Source: Nitrosopumilus sp. (GTDB taxonomy: Archaea; Thermoproteota; Nitrososphaeria; Nitrososphaerales; Nitrosopumilaceae). From it: a stretch of DNA of 64,000 nucleotides. The number at the start of each line of letters is the position of its first letter. Position 1 is the first letter of the stretch. Both the position numbers and the translations under genes were made by a program. This document shows positions 22,896 to 33,421 of this stretch, in pieces. The stretch covers positions 512,001-576,000 of the forward strand of contig OY763927.2 of NCBI GenBank assembly GCA_963667665.2, written 5' to 3'. The notes beneath the pieces were generated by a model that saw nothing but the letters and a program-made list of their open reading frames with translations, did not search any database and was not told the origin of the DNA.

Positions 22896-23848
22896 TACCA
22901 TCGATGACCAGACTGTGAACGAATTTGTAGAGCTCACCTTTACTGCCCGACGATGACTCTTTGACATTCTCATTTGATGGAACACCATCAGGTGCTGCCA
23001 TCACAGATGGACCGTGGAGACTGTGCAACGGAGACCACACCATAACGGTTTTGTGACAGACGGAGCTCACTTTACTGCCACTAACATCTGACGCCACAGC
23101 CTCAGATACCGATGACTCTTTTAACACTTTGACATTCTCATTTGATGGAACACACAGGTGCTGCCATCCCACTCACGGTGCTGCCATCACAGATGATGGT
23201 CAATTTCACGTGGATGCATGTTGGCAGGTATTAAGGACTACATGTGTGCGTAATTTCACGTGGAGTGGGGCTCCTGACATGACCTCATGGTGCTGCCATA
23301 CGGATGAGCCCGCAACATGGTACGACTGAGTCGCAGGACGGAGACCACACCATAACGGTTCAGGATGACAGACGGCAGCCTGACAGATTCTGAGACGTTG
23401 ACGGTGACTGTCAAATGAGGTCAACGTGGCTCCGGTGCTGAATGCCATCGGTGACAAGGGCACTGTGAAGCAAACTTGTAGAGCTCACCTTTACTGCCAC
23501 CGATGTGGTGGACACTGTCGTTAACACTTTGACATTCTCATTTGATGGAACATTCCCATCAGGTGCTGCCATCACAGATGATGGTAATTTCACGTGGACT
23601 CCGACTGAGTCGCAGGACGGAGACCACACCATAACGGTTCAGGTGACAGACGGCAGCCTGACATACACGTGGATTCTGAACGAGATGAATGCCATCGGTG
23701 ACATTTGTAGAGCTCAGGGCACAAGCGAACTTGTAGACTGAGTCGCAGGACACCTTTACTGACACAGCCTCAGATGAGACGTTGACGATGACTGTGGTGG
23801 ACAATGTGACAAGGGCACAAGCGAACTTGTACACTTTGACAGCCTCTC

Positions 23849-25174
23849 ATGTTGGATGTCGAACACTTCCCACTAGGTGCTGCCATCACAGATGATGGTA
23901 ATTTCACGTGGACTCCGACTGAGTCGCAGGACGGAGACCACACCATAACGGTTCAGGTGACAGACGGCAGCCTGACAGATTCTGAGACGTTGACGGTGAC
24001 GGTGAAAGATACCACAGCACCTGTCACCACACTCCCGGCAGATGCGTTTATCACCACATGGAGGACCGACTCTGCCAACCAGACGATCACCATCCCTGTG
24101 GGCGGCTCTACTGCCAGATACAGCATAGACTGGGGCGATAACAGCCCCGCCGAGACGGACATCACTGGTGACAGTACACACACCTATCGTGAGGCGGACA
24201 GCTACACCGTCTCCATATCAGGCGGCCTTGAGAGGATTTACCTTGACGGTCAGCAACCCAACGCAGGCAGGCTGGCATCAATCGAGCAGTGGGGCGACAC
24301 GAGATGGACCACCATGGATGCTGCGTTTTACGGGGCCCGCAACATGGTCTACAACGCAGCCGACTCTCCAGACCTCTCCACAGTCACCGACATGTCCGGC
24401 ATGTTCGGTGACGCCATCGCCTTCAACGGCGACCTCTCCTCCTGGGACGTCTCGAAGGTGACTGACATGTCTGACATGTTCATCTTCGCCTACGACTTCA
24501 ACGGCAACCTCTCATCCTGGGACGTCTCCTCTGTCACCAACATGAACGAGATGTTCGCAGTCGCCACCTCCTTCAACGGCGACCTCTCCTCCTGGGACGT
24601 CTCGAAGGTGACTGACATGTCCGACATGTTCATCTTCGCCACCTCCTTTAACGGCAACCTCTCCTCATGGGACGTCTCGGCAGTGACTGACATGTCCAGC
24701 ATGTTCGATGGCACCACCGCCTTCAACGGCGACCTCTCCTCCTGGGACGTCTCGTCCGTCACCGACATGAACAACATGTTCTATTACGACACCTCCTTCA
24801 ACCAGCCCCTCAACGACTGGGACGTCTCCTCGGTCACGGAAATGGACGGCATGTTCTTCCATACCCCCTCCTTCACCCAGAACCTCGGGAACTGGTATGT
24901 CGTGGCAAACGCCACCTCGATTGCAAGGGCGGACGTGCCGGGGGTGGTGGCAGAGATCTCCGCGCAGAACGACCACCTCAATGGTCACAACCCGACGTAC
25001 GGTATCAGCAGTGACAACGATTATGCCTTCTTTGAGATCGTGAACGGCAACAAGATAAACATGACTTCAGTTGGGACAAAGTCCTCCTATATGGTTAATG
25101 TGACTGCCTCGGGTTCAAACGTCTTTGAGGACGGAAATAATTGGAGACTGCTGGAGATTAAAGTTACAGGTTAA
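23849..25174 (+). CDS. Giant surface protein fragment (third PKD-DUF285 copy), ends at an in-frame TAA
   Basis: 441 aa ORF; equivalent copies have CAA at the position of this stop. Confidence 0.75.
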   Translation: MLDVEHFPLGAAITDDGNFTWTPTESQDGDHTITVQVTDGSLTDSETLTVTVKDTTAPVTTLPADAFITTWRTDSANQTITIPVGGSTARYSIDWGDNSPAETDITGDSTHTYREADSYTVSISGGLERIYLDGQQPNAGRLASIEQWGDTRWTTMDAAFYGARNMVYNAADSPDLSTVTDMSGMFGDAIAFNGDLSSWDVSKVTDMSDMFIFAYDFNGNLSSWDVSSVTNMNEMFAVATSFNGDLSSWDVSKVTDMSDMFIFATSFNGNLSSWDVSAVTDMSSMFDGTTAFNGDLSSWDVSSVTDMNNMFYYDTSFNQPLNDWDVSSVTEMDGMFFHTPSFTQNLGNWYVVANATSIARADVPGVVAEISAQNDHLNGHNPTYGISSDNDYAFFEIVNGNKINMTSVGTKSSYMVNVTASGSNVFEDGNNWRLLEIKVTG

Positions 25175-26160
25175 ACAACTGATACCACACCACCTGTTAT
25201 AAAACTTGAAGGTTCCAGTCTTGTAACGATCACGGTAGACGATACTTATACGGAACAGGGTGCTACATGTGAAGACAATGTGGATGCTGACAAGCCAGCC
25301 ACAGTGGGCGGTGATACTGTCGATACCAGCACTGCCGGACAATACACTGTAACATACGACTGTACGGATTCATCAAACAATGAGGCGACACAGGTGTCAA
25401 GAACTGTGAATGTACAGTCAGAATCTGACACCGACGCACCTGTCATAATAATTACTGGTTTAACAAACATTCAACTCACGGTAGACGAGACTTATACGGA
25501 ACAGGGTGCTACATGTGAAGACAATGTGGATGCTGACAAGCCAGCCACAGTGGGCGGTGATACTGTCGATACCAGCACTGCCGGACAATACACAGTAACA
25601 TACGACTGTACGGATTCATCAAACAATGAGGCGACACAGGTGTCAAGAACTGTGAATGTACAGTCAGCACCTGACACCGACGCACCAGTCATAATAATTA
25701 CAGGCTCTGCAAACATTCAACTCACGGTAGACGAGACTTATACGGAACAGGGTGCTACATGTGAAGACAATGTGGATGCTGACAAGCCAGCCACAGTGGG
25801 CGGTGATACTGTCGATACCAGCACTGCCGGACAATACACTGTAACATACGACTGTACGGATACATCAAACAATGAGGCGACACAGGTGTCAAGAACTGTG
25901 AATGTAGTCAGCACCTGACACCGATGCACCTGTCATAATGCTTACTGGTTTAACAAACATTCAACTCACGGTAGACGAGACTTATACGGAACTAGGTGCT
26001 ACATGTGAAGACAATGTGGATGCTGACAAGCCAGCCACAGTGGGCGGTGATACTGTCGATACCAGCACGGTTGGACAATACACTGTAACATACGACTGTA
26101 CAGATACATCAAACAATGAGGCGACACAGGTGTCAAGAACTGTGAATGTACAGACGGCAG
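25175..26160 (+). repeat. About four ~246-bp DUF5011/HYR-like Ig repeats of the giant gene
   Basis: PVIIITG...LTVDETYTEQGATCEDNVD...VDTSTAGQYTVTYDCTDSSNNEATQVSRTVNV repeated; includes ORF 25280-25918. Confidence 0.8.
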
Positions 26161-28823
26161 TAACACCTGTCACCACACTCCTGGCAGATGCGTTTATCAC
26201 CACATGGAGGACCGACTCTGCCAACCAGACGATCACCATCCCTGTGGGCGGCTCTACTGCCAGATACAGCATAGACTGGGGCGATAACAGCCCCGCCGAG
26301 ACGGACATCACTGGTGACAGTACACACACCTATCGTGAGGCGGACAGCTACACCGTCTCCATATCAGGCGGCCTTGAGAGGATTTACCTTAATGGTCAGC
26401 AACCCAACGCAGGCAGGCTGGCATCAATCGAGCAGTGGGGCGACACGAGATGGACCACCATGGATGCTGCGTTTGACGGGGCGACCAATATGGTGTACCG
26501 CGCAACCGACACGCCGGATCTGTCGGGAGTCACAGACATGCACCGCATGTTCGGAGACGCCTACGTCTTCAACGGCGGCCTCTCCTCCTGGGACGTCTCG
26601 AAGGTGACTGACATGTCCGACATGTTCATCTTCGCCTACGACTTCAACGGCGACCTCTCATCCTGGGACGTCTCCTCTGTCACCAACATGAACGAGATGT
26701 TCGCAGTCGCCACCTCCTTCAACGGCGACCTCTCCTCCTGGGACGTCTCGAAGGTGACTGACATGTCCGACATGTTCATCTTCGCCTACGACTTCAACGG
26801 CAACCTCTCATCCTGGGACGTCTCGTCCGTCACCGACATGAACGACATGTTCTATTACGCCACCGCCTTCAACCAACCCCTCAACGCCTGGGATGTCTCG
26901 TCTGTCACCGACATGTTCAGCATGTTTTTCTATACCCCCTCCTTCACCCAGAACCTCGGGAACTGGTATGTCGTGGCAAACGCCACCTCGATTGCAAGGG
27001 CGGACGTGCCAGGGGTGGTGGCAGAGATCTCCGCGCAGAACGACCACCTCAATGGCCACAACCCGACGTACGGTATCAGCAGGGACAACGATTATGCCTT
27101 CTTTGAGATCGTGAACGGCAACAAGATAAACATGACTTCAGTTGGGACAAAGTCCTCCTATATGGTTAATGTGACTGCCTCGGGTTCAAACGTCTTTGAG
27201 GACGGAAATAATTGGCGCATGCTGGTAGTCAGGGTGCCTGGCGACAACAACGCCGACCTTGGCGGCCTGACGATCAGTTCTGGCACGCTGAGCCCGCAGT
27301 TTTCCAGCTCTGACATCACGTATACTGCCAGCGTGGATAACTCTGTCACCCAGGTGACAGTCACCCCCACTGCCAGCGACAGCTCGGCTACAATAGCAGT
27401 CAACGGCAACACCGTGACCAGCGGCACTGGCTACATCGTCACCGGCCTAACTGTGGGCACCACCACCGTCACGGTAATAGTTACTGCCCAGGACTCTACG
27501 ACTAAGACCTACACCATTACTGTTACCGTGCGCGATGTGCCCATAACGGTATCGTCTGCCGCGTACAACCCCGGCAATGGACAGCTGACGATTACATTCA
27601 ACCAAGATATTGCCACCGTCGACTATTCCGGGCTGCACGTGCGCAGCAGCGCAAACCCTGATACTGGCGGCATTACGCTCTCAAGCGTAACAGGTGCAGA
27701 TTACTCGGGCCGTACCATAACTGCAACACTTGACTCTGAACAACAAGATCAGTACGATGCCCTGCAAAGCCCGCATCTTGTTGTTGAGGACGGCGCTGTA
27801 ACAGACACTGACGGTGACCGGACAACAGATGTGCCGCCCCAACCCATAAGGGACGCCTCTCAGAAAGGATCATCATCATCATCCAAGGCATCAATAGTGC
27901 ACATAAACGCGCTGGCACAGTCAAGGCTAGTTGATATTCCACCACACATCGCAGAACAAGTCGAATCCCACGATGCATCTGACCCGCTGGAACCTATCAC
28001 ACCTGATGGCACATTTGACCTTCCGCTTGTGATAAACGGCTACGGCTACCTGCTTGATGCTTATGAAAACACATTAATACCTCAGACTGTCACGGCAGGG
28101 GACAATCCAGTACATATCACGTTTACCGTATACACAGAGAAGGAGTTTGTACACTTTATATTGTATCTTAACTTGCAAGGCAGGAACACAAATTATGCGG
28201 ACAGCGACACATACATCACGTACAAAGACGACGGTACAACCAGTATCACTGACCCGCACGGATACATCGGCAGTGCCACAGTTACTGTAACACAGGAGGA
28301 CGACTCGATACCTGAAAAGAGGACCGTTCGCATAACCATAGAGTTTGGAGAGGAGCCGATGGGCCCCACCAACATGGTCGCATACATGTGGAATACGGAC
28401 AGAGAGGCCTTATTCGTCAAGATAATTGACGCCCTTGAGGTGGTAGCAGCATCGCCGGAATCTGCCATGCAGGCAGCAGACCCCGAACCTCTCGAACCTG
28501 ACTCCGTACTCCCAGCAGACCCCGAACCTGTAACACCGGACTTTGCAGATGATGCCGCAGATCCGGAACCTGTACCCTATGACATACTGGGGCCCGATGA
28601 TTACGATGACACACAGATTCTGCAGATCATACGCATGTGGTCAGGCTTTGAGTCAGAATCCATAACTGATGCGCAACTGCATGAGCTTTTGGGTCTTGAT
28701 GACCATCAGGGCGCCGACATACCGGACTGGATGATGACAGAGCTTGGCGTCCTTGTGGCAAAGGGTACCGTCACAGTCGACGAATTCATGCTGGCGTTAC
28801 AGTACGTGCTTGAGCATGACTGA
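25938..28823 (+). CDS. Giant surface protein, C-terminal part: DUF285 block, cadherin-like beta-sandwich, acidic ADPEP linker, thaumarchaeal-type anchor-like tail
   Basis: NADLGGLTISSGTLSPQFSSSDITYTASV; IPDWMMTELGVLVAKGTVTVDEFMLALQYVL resembles the IPxW...FVxGIQYLI tail of Nitrosopumilus surface proteins. Confidence 0.85.
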   Translation: MLTGLTNIQLTVDETYTELGATCEDNVDADKPATVGGDTVDTSTVGQYTVTYDCTDTSNNEATQVSRTVNVQTAVTPVTTLLADAFITTWRTDSANQTITIPVGGSTARYSIDWGDNSPAETDITGDSTHTYREADSYTVSISGGLERIYLNGQQPNAGRLASIEQWGDTRWTTMDAAFDGATNMVYRATDTPDLSGVTDMHRMFGDAYVFNGGLSSWDVSKVTDMSDMFIFAYDFNGDLSSWDVSSVTNMNEMFAVATSFNGDLSSWDVSKVTDMSDMFIFAYDFNGNLSSWDVSSVTDMNDMFYYATAFNQPLNAWDVSSVTDMFSMFFYTPSFTQNLGNWYVVANATSIARADVPGVVAEISAQNDHLNGHNPTYGISRDNDYAFFEIVNGNKINMTSVGTKSSYMVNVTASGSNVFEDGNNWRMLVVRVPGDNNADLGGLTISSGTLSPQFSSSDITYTASVDNSVTQVTVTPTASDSSATIAVNGNTVTSGTGYIVTGLTVGTTTVTVIVTAQDSTTKTYTITVTVRDVPITVSSAAYNPGNGQLTITFNQDIATVDYSGLHVRSSANPDTGGITLSSVTGADYSGRTITATLDSEQQDQYDALQSPHLVVEDGAVTDTDGDRTTDVPPQPIRDASQKGSSSSSKASIVHINALAQSRLVDIPPHIAEQVESHDASDPLEPITPDGTFDLPLVINGYGYLLDAYENTLIPQTVTAGDNPVHITFTVYTEKEFVHFILYLNLQGRNTNYADSDTYITYKDDGTTSITDPHGYIGSATVTVTQEDDSIPEKRTVRITIEFGEEPMGPTNMVAYMWNTDREALFVKIIDALEVVAASPESAMQAADPEPLEPDSVLPADPEPVTPDFADDAADPEPVPYDILGPDDYDDTQILQIIRMWSGFESESITDAQLHELLGLDDHQGADIPDWMMTELGVLVAKGTVTVDEFMLALQYVLEHD

Positions 28824-28954
28824 CTGTCTGTCACGGAAATGCCTGCACGGTAACTGATCGAGCTCAAAGTGAAAATTAGCGACAATATTCAAAATTGCTC
28901 AATTACACACATCCTCAGAAACATTTAGCCAGTTGATGGAATTGTACCCAAGTT

Positions 28955-29204
28955 TTGACTGACTGCATCCCCAAACTCAAGAGATGTAGTCATGAAAGTG
29001 ATTATGCCGTACTATACAATTACATGTACATGGAGCATCTGCTGTGTCATTCCTGTTGGAATAAGGAAGAACCGGTACGGATAGACACTGACACAGTGAA
29101 GATATTCAGACCCAACCAGATGCGAGCCGTGCTGGTGCATGCATTGCAACACCGATGTCACGGCGCAGAAAAACTGCACAAGATGCTTTCAAGACACCAG
29201 ATGA
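28955..29204 (+). pseudogene. Third, frameshifted paralog of the Cys-rich proteins at 1889 and 2158
   Basis: Removing one G at ~29134 gives ...RAVLCMHCNTDVTAQKNCTRCFQDTR*, matching IKKIICIHCGNEVTKSKGCTKC. Confidence 0.7.
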
Positions 29205-29467
29205 CCATTTTAGGTTGGGATTCAATCAATGAATCATGAGTATGGATATCTGGGAAAGATCCCAACTAAGATCAGTTAACGCGATGTATCCTGCTGAGGC
29301 GAAAAGTGTGACAGTTATTGGGATGGAGAATTTCTACGTGTCTTCAATACGTATATGCTATCTGGATACATAATAGAGAAAAGTATGATTATCTCGTAAT
29401 CGCGTTTGAACCTGAAACATATTGTTTATGCACTGTTTGTAGGGTGTCTTGTTGACATTTTTTGGTA

Positions 29468-29680
29468 GACCAGGTCTTTGGATCCGGTCTTTGTTGAGAT
29501 TTTCGAATGGATCCGGTCATTAAACCGGTCTTTGTTGAGATTTTCGAATGGATCCGGTCTTTAGACCGGTCTTTATGTCACCATGTCATGATATTAGCCC
29601 AAAAAGTACCAAAATAGGCTATTTTACCAACATATTTGCCAATCTCAACCCACTTTTTATGATAGATCCGGTCTTTGGCC
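29468..29680. repeat. Iteron-like cluster: 41-bp direct repeats and multiple (GAT)CCGGTCTTT boxes
   Basis: ccggtctttgttgagattttcgaatggatccggtc at 29484 and 29525; a further ccggtcttt at 29566 (same 41-bp period) and another near 29668. Confidence 0.8.
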
Positions 29681-29857
29681 TTTTTTCGCATTTTACCTTT
29701 CCTCATACTTTTTCGGCTCAATTCCTGATTGGAATTGTTCCAAAGAACTATTATCATTAAGACGAGCATAAGATCTCTTCTTTTGGAAAACTAAAACACG
29801 GTTTTACTGACAATACATATAACATTATCGGAAAAATACGTATATCATATTTAAGTT

Positions 29858-29911
29858 TCTAGTGACGAGTCTAGTGACGACTGTTCAAAAACAGGTCAAA
29901 ACTCGTCACTA
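29858..29911. promoter_or_regulatory. Two direct and one inverted TAGTGACGA boxes
   Basis: tctagtgacga at 29858 and 29870; actcgtcacta at 29901. Confidence 0.6.
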
Positions 29912-30174
29912 AACGCCCTTTTTTCCAACTTTTTGAAAACATAGTATTTTTTATTTTTCAAAGTTTTGTATTGGGTGTGATAATATCTGCAATTGTAATT
30001 TATCTTACATGTATGTATGATCCAAAACATACCAACAAAGAACCAAAAATATAGGGTTCTGGTCTTTTTTTATAAAATACAATACCTAACACTTGCCATG
30101 TACAGTCAATTCCAAAATCAGTTATAATAATATCTGTAACATCACAATTTTATAAAAATTCCATAAATACAAAA

Positions 30175-30390
30175 ATGAGTCAAAATCTAATATCTTCGTT
30201 TGATGGTGATGATGGCACCCAAAGAATCTGGTATGATATGGATTCGTTGGCTGACGTCACATTAGATGGGGCAAGTAATGCAGTAGGTCTAAGATTGATT
30301 AACGAGGTATCAAAACCAGTCCAGTTCTCACTTGATAATCGCAAGAAAATAAACGAGATTATACAATTCATCAACAAGAGGTTTTCTTAG
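30175..30390 (+). CDS. Hypothetical protein
   Basis: 71 aa ORF; TTTATAAA about 25 bp upstream suggests a leaderless start. Confidence 0.6.
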   Translation: MSQNLISSFDGDDGTQRIWYDMDSLADVTLDGASNAVGLRLINEVSKPVQFSLDNRKKINEIIQFINKRFS

Positions 30391-30780
30391 ATGAGTAAAA
30401 GAATTATCATAAGTTCATCCAGAGTTGATCACATACATTTCAATAAAGACTCTGCAGGACCAGAAAGATTTGTAGTTACAATTGATGTGGATTCCATGAA
30501 AGATATTATTCGTTTAAAATCACAATTACTCAAAGAGAATGACAATTATTCCAAACTTGCACAAATCAAAACAAGACTGGAACATGTCATAAAAGAGAAT
30601 CAAAAAACCCAAAAATCAACTAAAGACAAACTTGATGAAACAGATGATATTCAGATAAAAAACAAGAATGCAGAAATGGATGGTCATCTGTATGATATAC
30701 TTGAAGGTTATCTAGATGAATTAGCAGTAGATGAACAAGAATTGTTATCCATACTAAATAATCCAAAAAACGAAATTTAA
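30391..30780 (+). CDS. Hypothetical coiled-coil protein
   Basis: 129 aa ORF abutting the previous gene. Confidence 0.6.
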   Translation: MSKRIIISSSRVDHIHFNKDSAGPERFVVTIDVDSMKDIIRLKSQLLKENDNYSKLAQIKTRLEHVIKENQKTQKSTKDKLDETDDIQIKNKNAEMDGHLYDILEGYLDELAVDEQELLSILNNPKNEI

Positions 30781-30798
30781 AATTGAATTATTTCTAAA

Positions 30799-30960
30799 AT
30801 GAAAAAAGATTCCAAACTAGAACCATTCTCACACAAGAGGTATGGATTAATTACTATAATATGTCCCAAATGCCATCAATATCAGGGATGTTATTCAAAA
30901 GACTCTGCACCTCAAAGCAGAAACTGTCTAAAGTGTAACATTGAGATAGAGTTACGATAA
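30799..30960 (+). CDS. 53-aa Zn-ribbon micro-protein
   Basis: MKKDSKLEPFSHKRYGLITIICPKCHQYQG...RNCLKCNIEIELR. Confidence 0.6.
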   Translation: MKKDSKLEPFSHKRYGLITIICPKCHQYQGCYSKDSAPQSRNCLKCNIEIELR

Positions 30961-31034
30961 ATGGAAATAAAAGAATATCAAATTTTACTCTTTAACAGAT
31001 TAATCCAAGTGATGCGTAAAGGAGCAGATGTATA

Positions 31035-31151
31035 ATGAATGGAGATACAAAAACAAAGATGATTGGTTTGTTATGGAATGATGATGTTACTGATAAAGAA
31101 TGTCACATGTTGTTTGACATACTTTGTAAAATCATACCTTCAAAACAATGA
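31035..31151 (+). CDS. 38-aa micro-ORF
   Basis: TAATG-coupled to a 24-aa ORF (30961-31035) and ATGA-coupled to the methyltransferase. Confidence 0.4.
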   Translation: MNGDTKTKMIGLLWNDDVTDKECHMLFDILCKIIPSKQ

Positions 31152-31837
31152 CAATTATGAAAGAAAATAGTTTAATCTCCAAAAAATGGGATAAAGAATA
31201 TGATGCTGGACGATATCAAAATGAACCCCCAATAGAATTTATCAGTAAAATCAAGCAAACTATTCGAAAGTATCAAAACATAGAACAAGGAAATGGCCTA
31301 TACGTTGGATGTGGTAATGGCAGAAATTATATTCCTCTTGTGAAATCTGATTTGAATATTGTGGGAATTGACATATCTAAAGTTGCCATAAAACAACTAG
31401 AAGAAAAAATGCCAGCACTATCCAAGAAATTACACTGTGTGGATTTTGTAAACTACAACAACAAAGAACCATTTGATTATATCATAGCAATACAAGTGTT
31501 TCAACATGGTACAGAAAAACAAATCAGAGAATATTTTGAAAAGGTATCTCAACTACTAAATCCTGACGGTCTGTTATTTTTGCGAGTCAATTCTGCATCT
31601 ACTGATATCTATTTCAAACATCATATCATAGAGACAAACAGTCTTGGCGGCATAACTATCAGATATCTCGAAGGTCCAAAAAAGGATCTGGACATTCATT
31701 TTTACTCTATAGAAGAATTAGATGTGTTGTGCAAGGACTTTGATTGTATAATTCTACCATACGAAAATATTACAAAAAGAGATCCTCCAAAGACTGGAAC
31801 ATGGTCGCAGTGGGAATTGATTCTACAAAAAAAATAA
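31148..31837 (+). CDS. Class I SAM-dependent methyltransferase
   Basis: LYVGCGNGRN motif I, GIDIS, FDYIIAIQVFQH, LLNPDGLLFL. Confidence 0.9.
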   Translation: MTIMKENSLISKKWDKEYDAGRYQNEPPIEFISKIKQTIRKYQNIEQGNGLYVGCGNGRNYIPLVKSDLNIVGIDISKVAIKQLEEKMPALSKKLHCVDFVNYNNKEPFDYIIAIQVFQHGTEKQIREYFEKVSQLLNPDGLLFLRVNSASTDIYFKHHIIETNSLGGITIRYLEGPKKDLDIHFYSIEELDVLCKDFDCIILPYENITKRDPPKTGTWSQWELILQKK

Positions 31838-31838
31838 C

Positions 31839-33341
31839 ATGAAAATTATTTTAGCAATACAAAAAAAATATCCAAACTCACTTGAAGGAAAGAAAATATT
31901 AGTTTGTACACATGCAACTGATGCAACAGTATCTTTTCTCAAAATAATATCTGATCTTGGTGCCAAAATATTTTACATTCCAATTTCATACAGCAAAAAT
32001 CAGATATCCATTAACAATATACACAAAATCAATAATCTTAGAATTATAGAACCAAAAACACTAGATAGAATAATTTCAGATGTGGATATCATAATAGAAG
32101 ATGGTATGAGAATCAGTCAAGAAATACACAATAATCATAAACTAAAAGATACGCTATACTCTATAGAGCAAACAACAAGTGGTATTAGAAAGTTTGAGAA
32201 ATCTAATCTACTATATCCTGTGATTAATGTGGCTGAATCCAAACTAAAACTAGAGATTGAAAATTCAATAGCAACTCCTGAATCAATATTAACATCATTA
32301 CTCTTTGAATCAAGAATATCACTAACTCAAAAAAATGTGCTTGTTATAGGATATGGAAAAGTTGGAAGTGGTATTGCCAAATTATGTCATTGTCATGGAA
32401 GTAATGTCACAATAGTTGATAATGATGTTTTAAAAAGAGCGATTGCCAAATCTCATGGATTTCACACTGTTAATTCTAATACGATTAATGAAAATCTCAA
32501 CACTCAAGACATCATCATATCCTGTACTGCAAATCGAGATGGATTTTGTTTGGGAGTAGAACAATTCCTTTTGATGAAAGACAAGACAATGCTTGTCAAT
32601 GCAGGGAGTGGTAGAGGCGAGATATCAGAAATGATGCTAAATACAGGGAAATTTAATAAGAATAAGGCCAAAATAAACATTACAAAAAACAACGATCATC
32701 TGTATTGCACATTAACCAAAATGGGATTAAAAAAGCAAATCACCATATTAGGTTCTGCTCATCCAATAAACTTGAGATGTGGTAATGGCACACCCACAGA
32801 AATGATGGACTTTGTTTTTTCTGTGATGTTGTTAACTGCAATAAAAACAAAACCTGAATCCTTGGAAACAAGCATATGCCTAATATCTCAAGACATACAA
32901 AAAGAAATAGTTATCTTATCAGAACATGTAACTGATTTATTACAAGCAAATTTGATTCAAAATAACAAACTATCTGGCGAAGACAGGCCATGGGGCAAAC
33001 TATTTCGATTTTCATCCAGTCAAGACCTAAAGAATTTTTCACTTGTAAGGGCAACATTTGAGCCAAACTGTACCACTGAGGGTCACTATCATGCAGTTTC
33101 AGAAGAGGCATATGTTGTAGAGTCAGGAACTGCAGATATTTTTACATGGAATCCCAAAAACATTGATGATAAAACAACCTTTAATGTAAAGCCAGGCGAC
33201 TATCTATCCATTCCAAAAGGAATGGCTCACAAAGTAATCGTTACATCACAAGAAAAATTCTCATGTTTGGTAATTGCATCTCCTCCATTTTCATTTTGGG
33301 ATCAGTTTTTCCCCAAAGTTTCCACACTACAAAAAGTCTAA
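31839..33341 (+). CDS. Divergent S-adenosylhomocysteine hydrolase-like protein fused to a C-terminal cupin
   Basis: VCTH, EDG, EQTTSG, YPVINVAESKLK..EN, IGYGKVGSG, INLRCGNG align to AdoHcyase motifs; cupin GHYH..SEEAY...H. Confidence 0.8.
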   Translation: MKIILAIQKKYPNSLEGKKILVCTHATDATVSFLKIISDLGAKIFYIPISYSKNQISINNIHKINNLRIIEPKTLDRIISDVDIIIEDGMRISQEIHNNHKLKDTLYSIEQTTSGIRKFEKSNLLYPVINVAESKLKLEIENSIATPESILTSLLFESRISLTQKNVLVIGYGKVGSGIAKLCHCHGSNVTIVDNDVLKRAIAKSHGFHTVNSNTINENLNTQDIIISCTANRDGFCLGVEQFLLMKDKTMLVNAGSGRGEISEMMLNTGKFNKNKAKINITKNNDHLYCTLTKMGLKKQITILGSAHPINLRCGNGTPTEMMDFVFSVMLLTAIKTKPESLETSICLISQDIQKEIVILSEHVTDLLQANLIQNNKLSGEDRPWGKLFRFSSSQDLKNFSLVRATFEPNCTTEGHYHAVSEEAYVVESGTADIFTWNPKNIDDKTTFNVKPGDYLSIPKGMAHKVIVTSQEKFSCLVIASPPFSFWDQFFPKVSTLQKV

Positions 33342-33421
33342 AACTAATATGACAAATGGCATGATTTCCATCAGGCAAGAAAGAACAATTTCAAGAATTC
33401 AATTTGTTGTGAATAAGAAAT

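Larger units (their letters stand above)
5351..28823 (+). other. Single giant secreted surface-protein/adhesin locus (~23.5 kb, roughly 7,800 codons if intact), split by frameshifts and one in-frame stop
   Basis: Only one signal peptide (5351) and one C-terminal anchor-like motif (near 28823); all intervening ORFs are co-oriented repeats of the same modules. Confidence 0.85.

Noticed and set aside
5351-28823. Many antisense and alternate-frame ORFs inside the giant gene
   Set aside because: They are shadows of the repetitive, codon-biased sense frame and have no independent protein features.
29548-29769. Short ORFs on both strands in the repeat region
   Set aside because: They overlap the iteron-like repeats and show no protein features.
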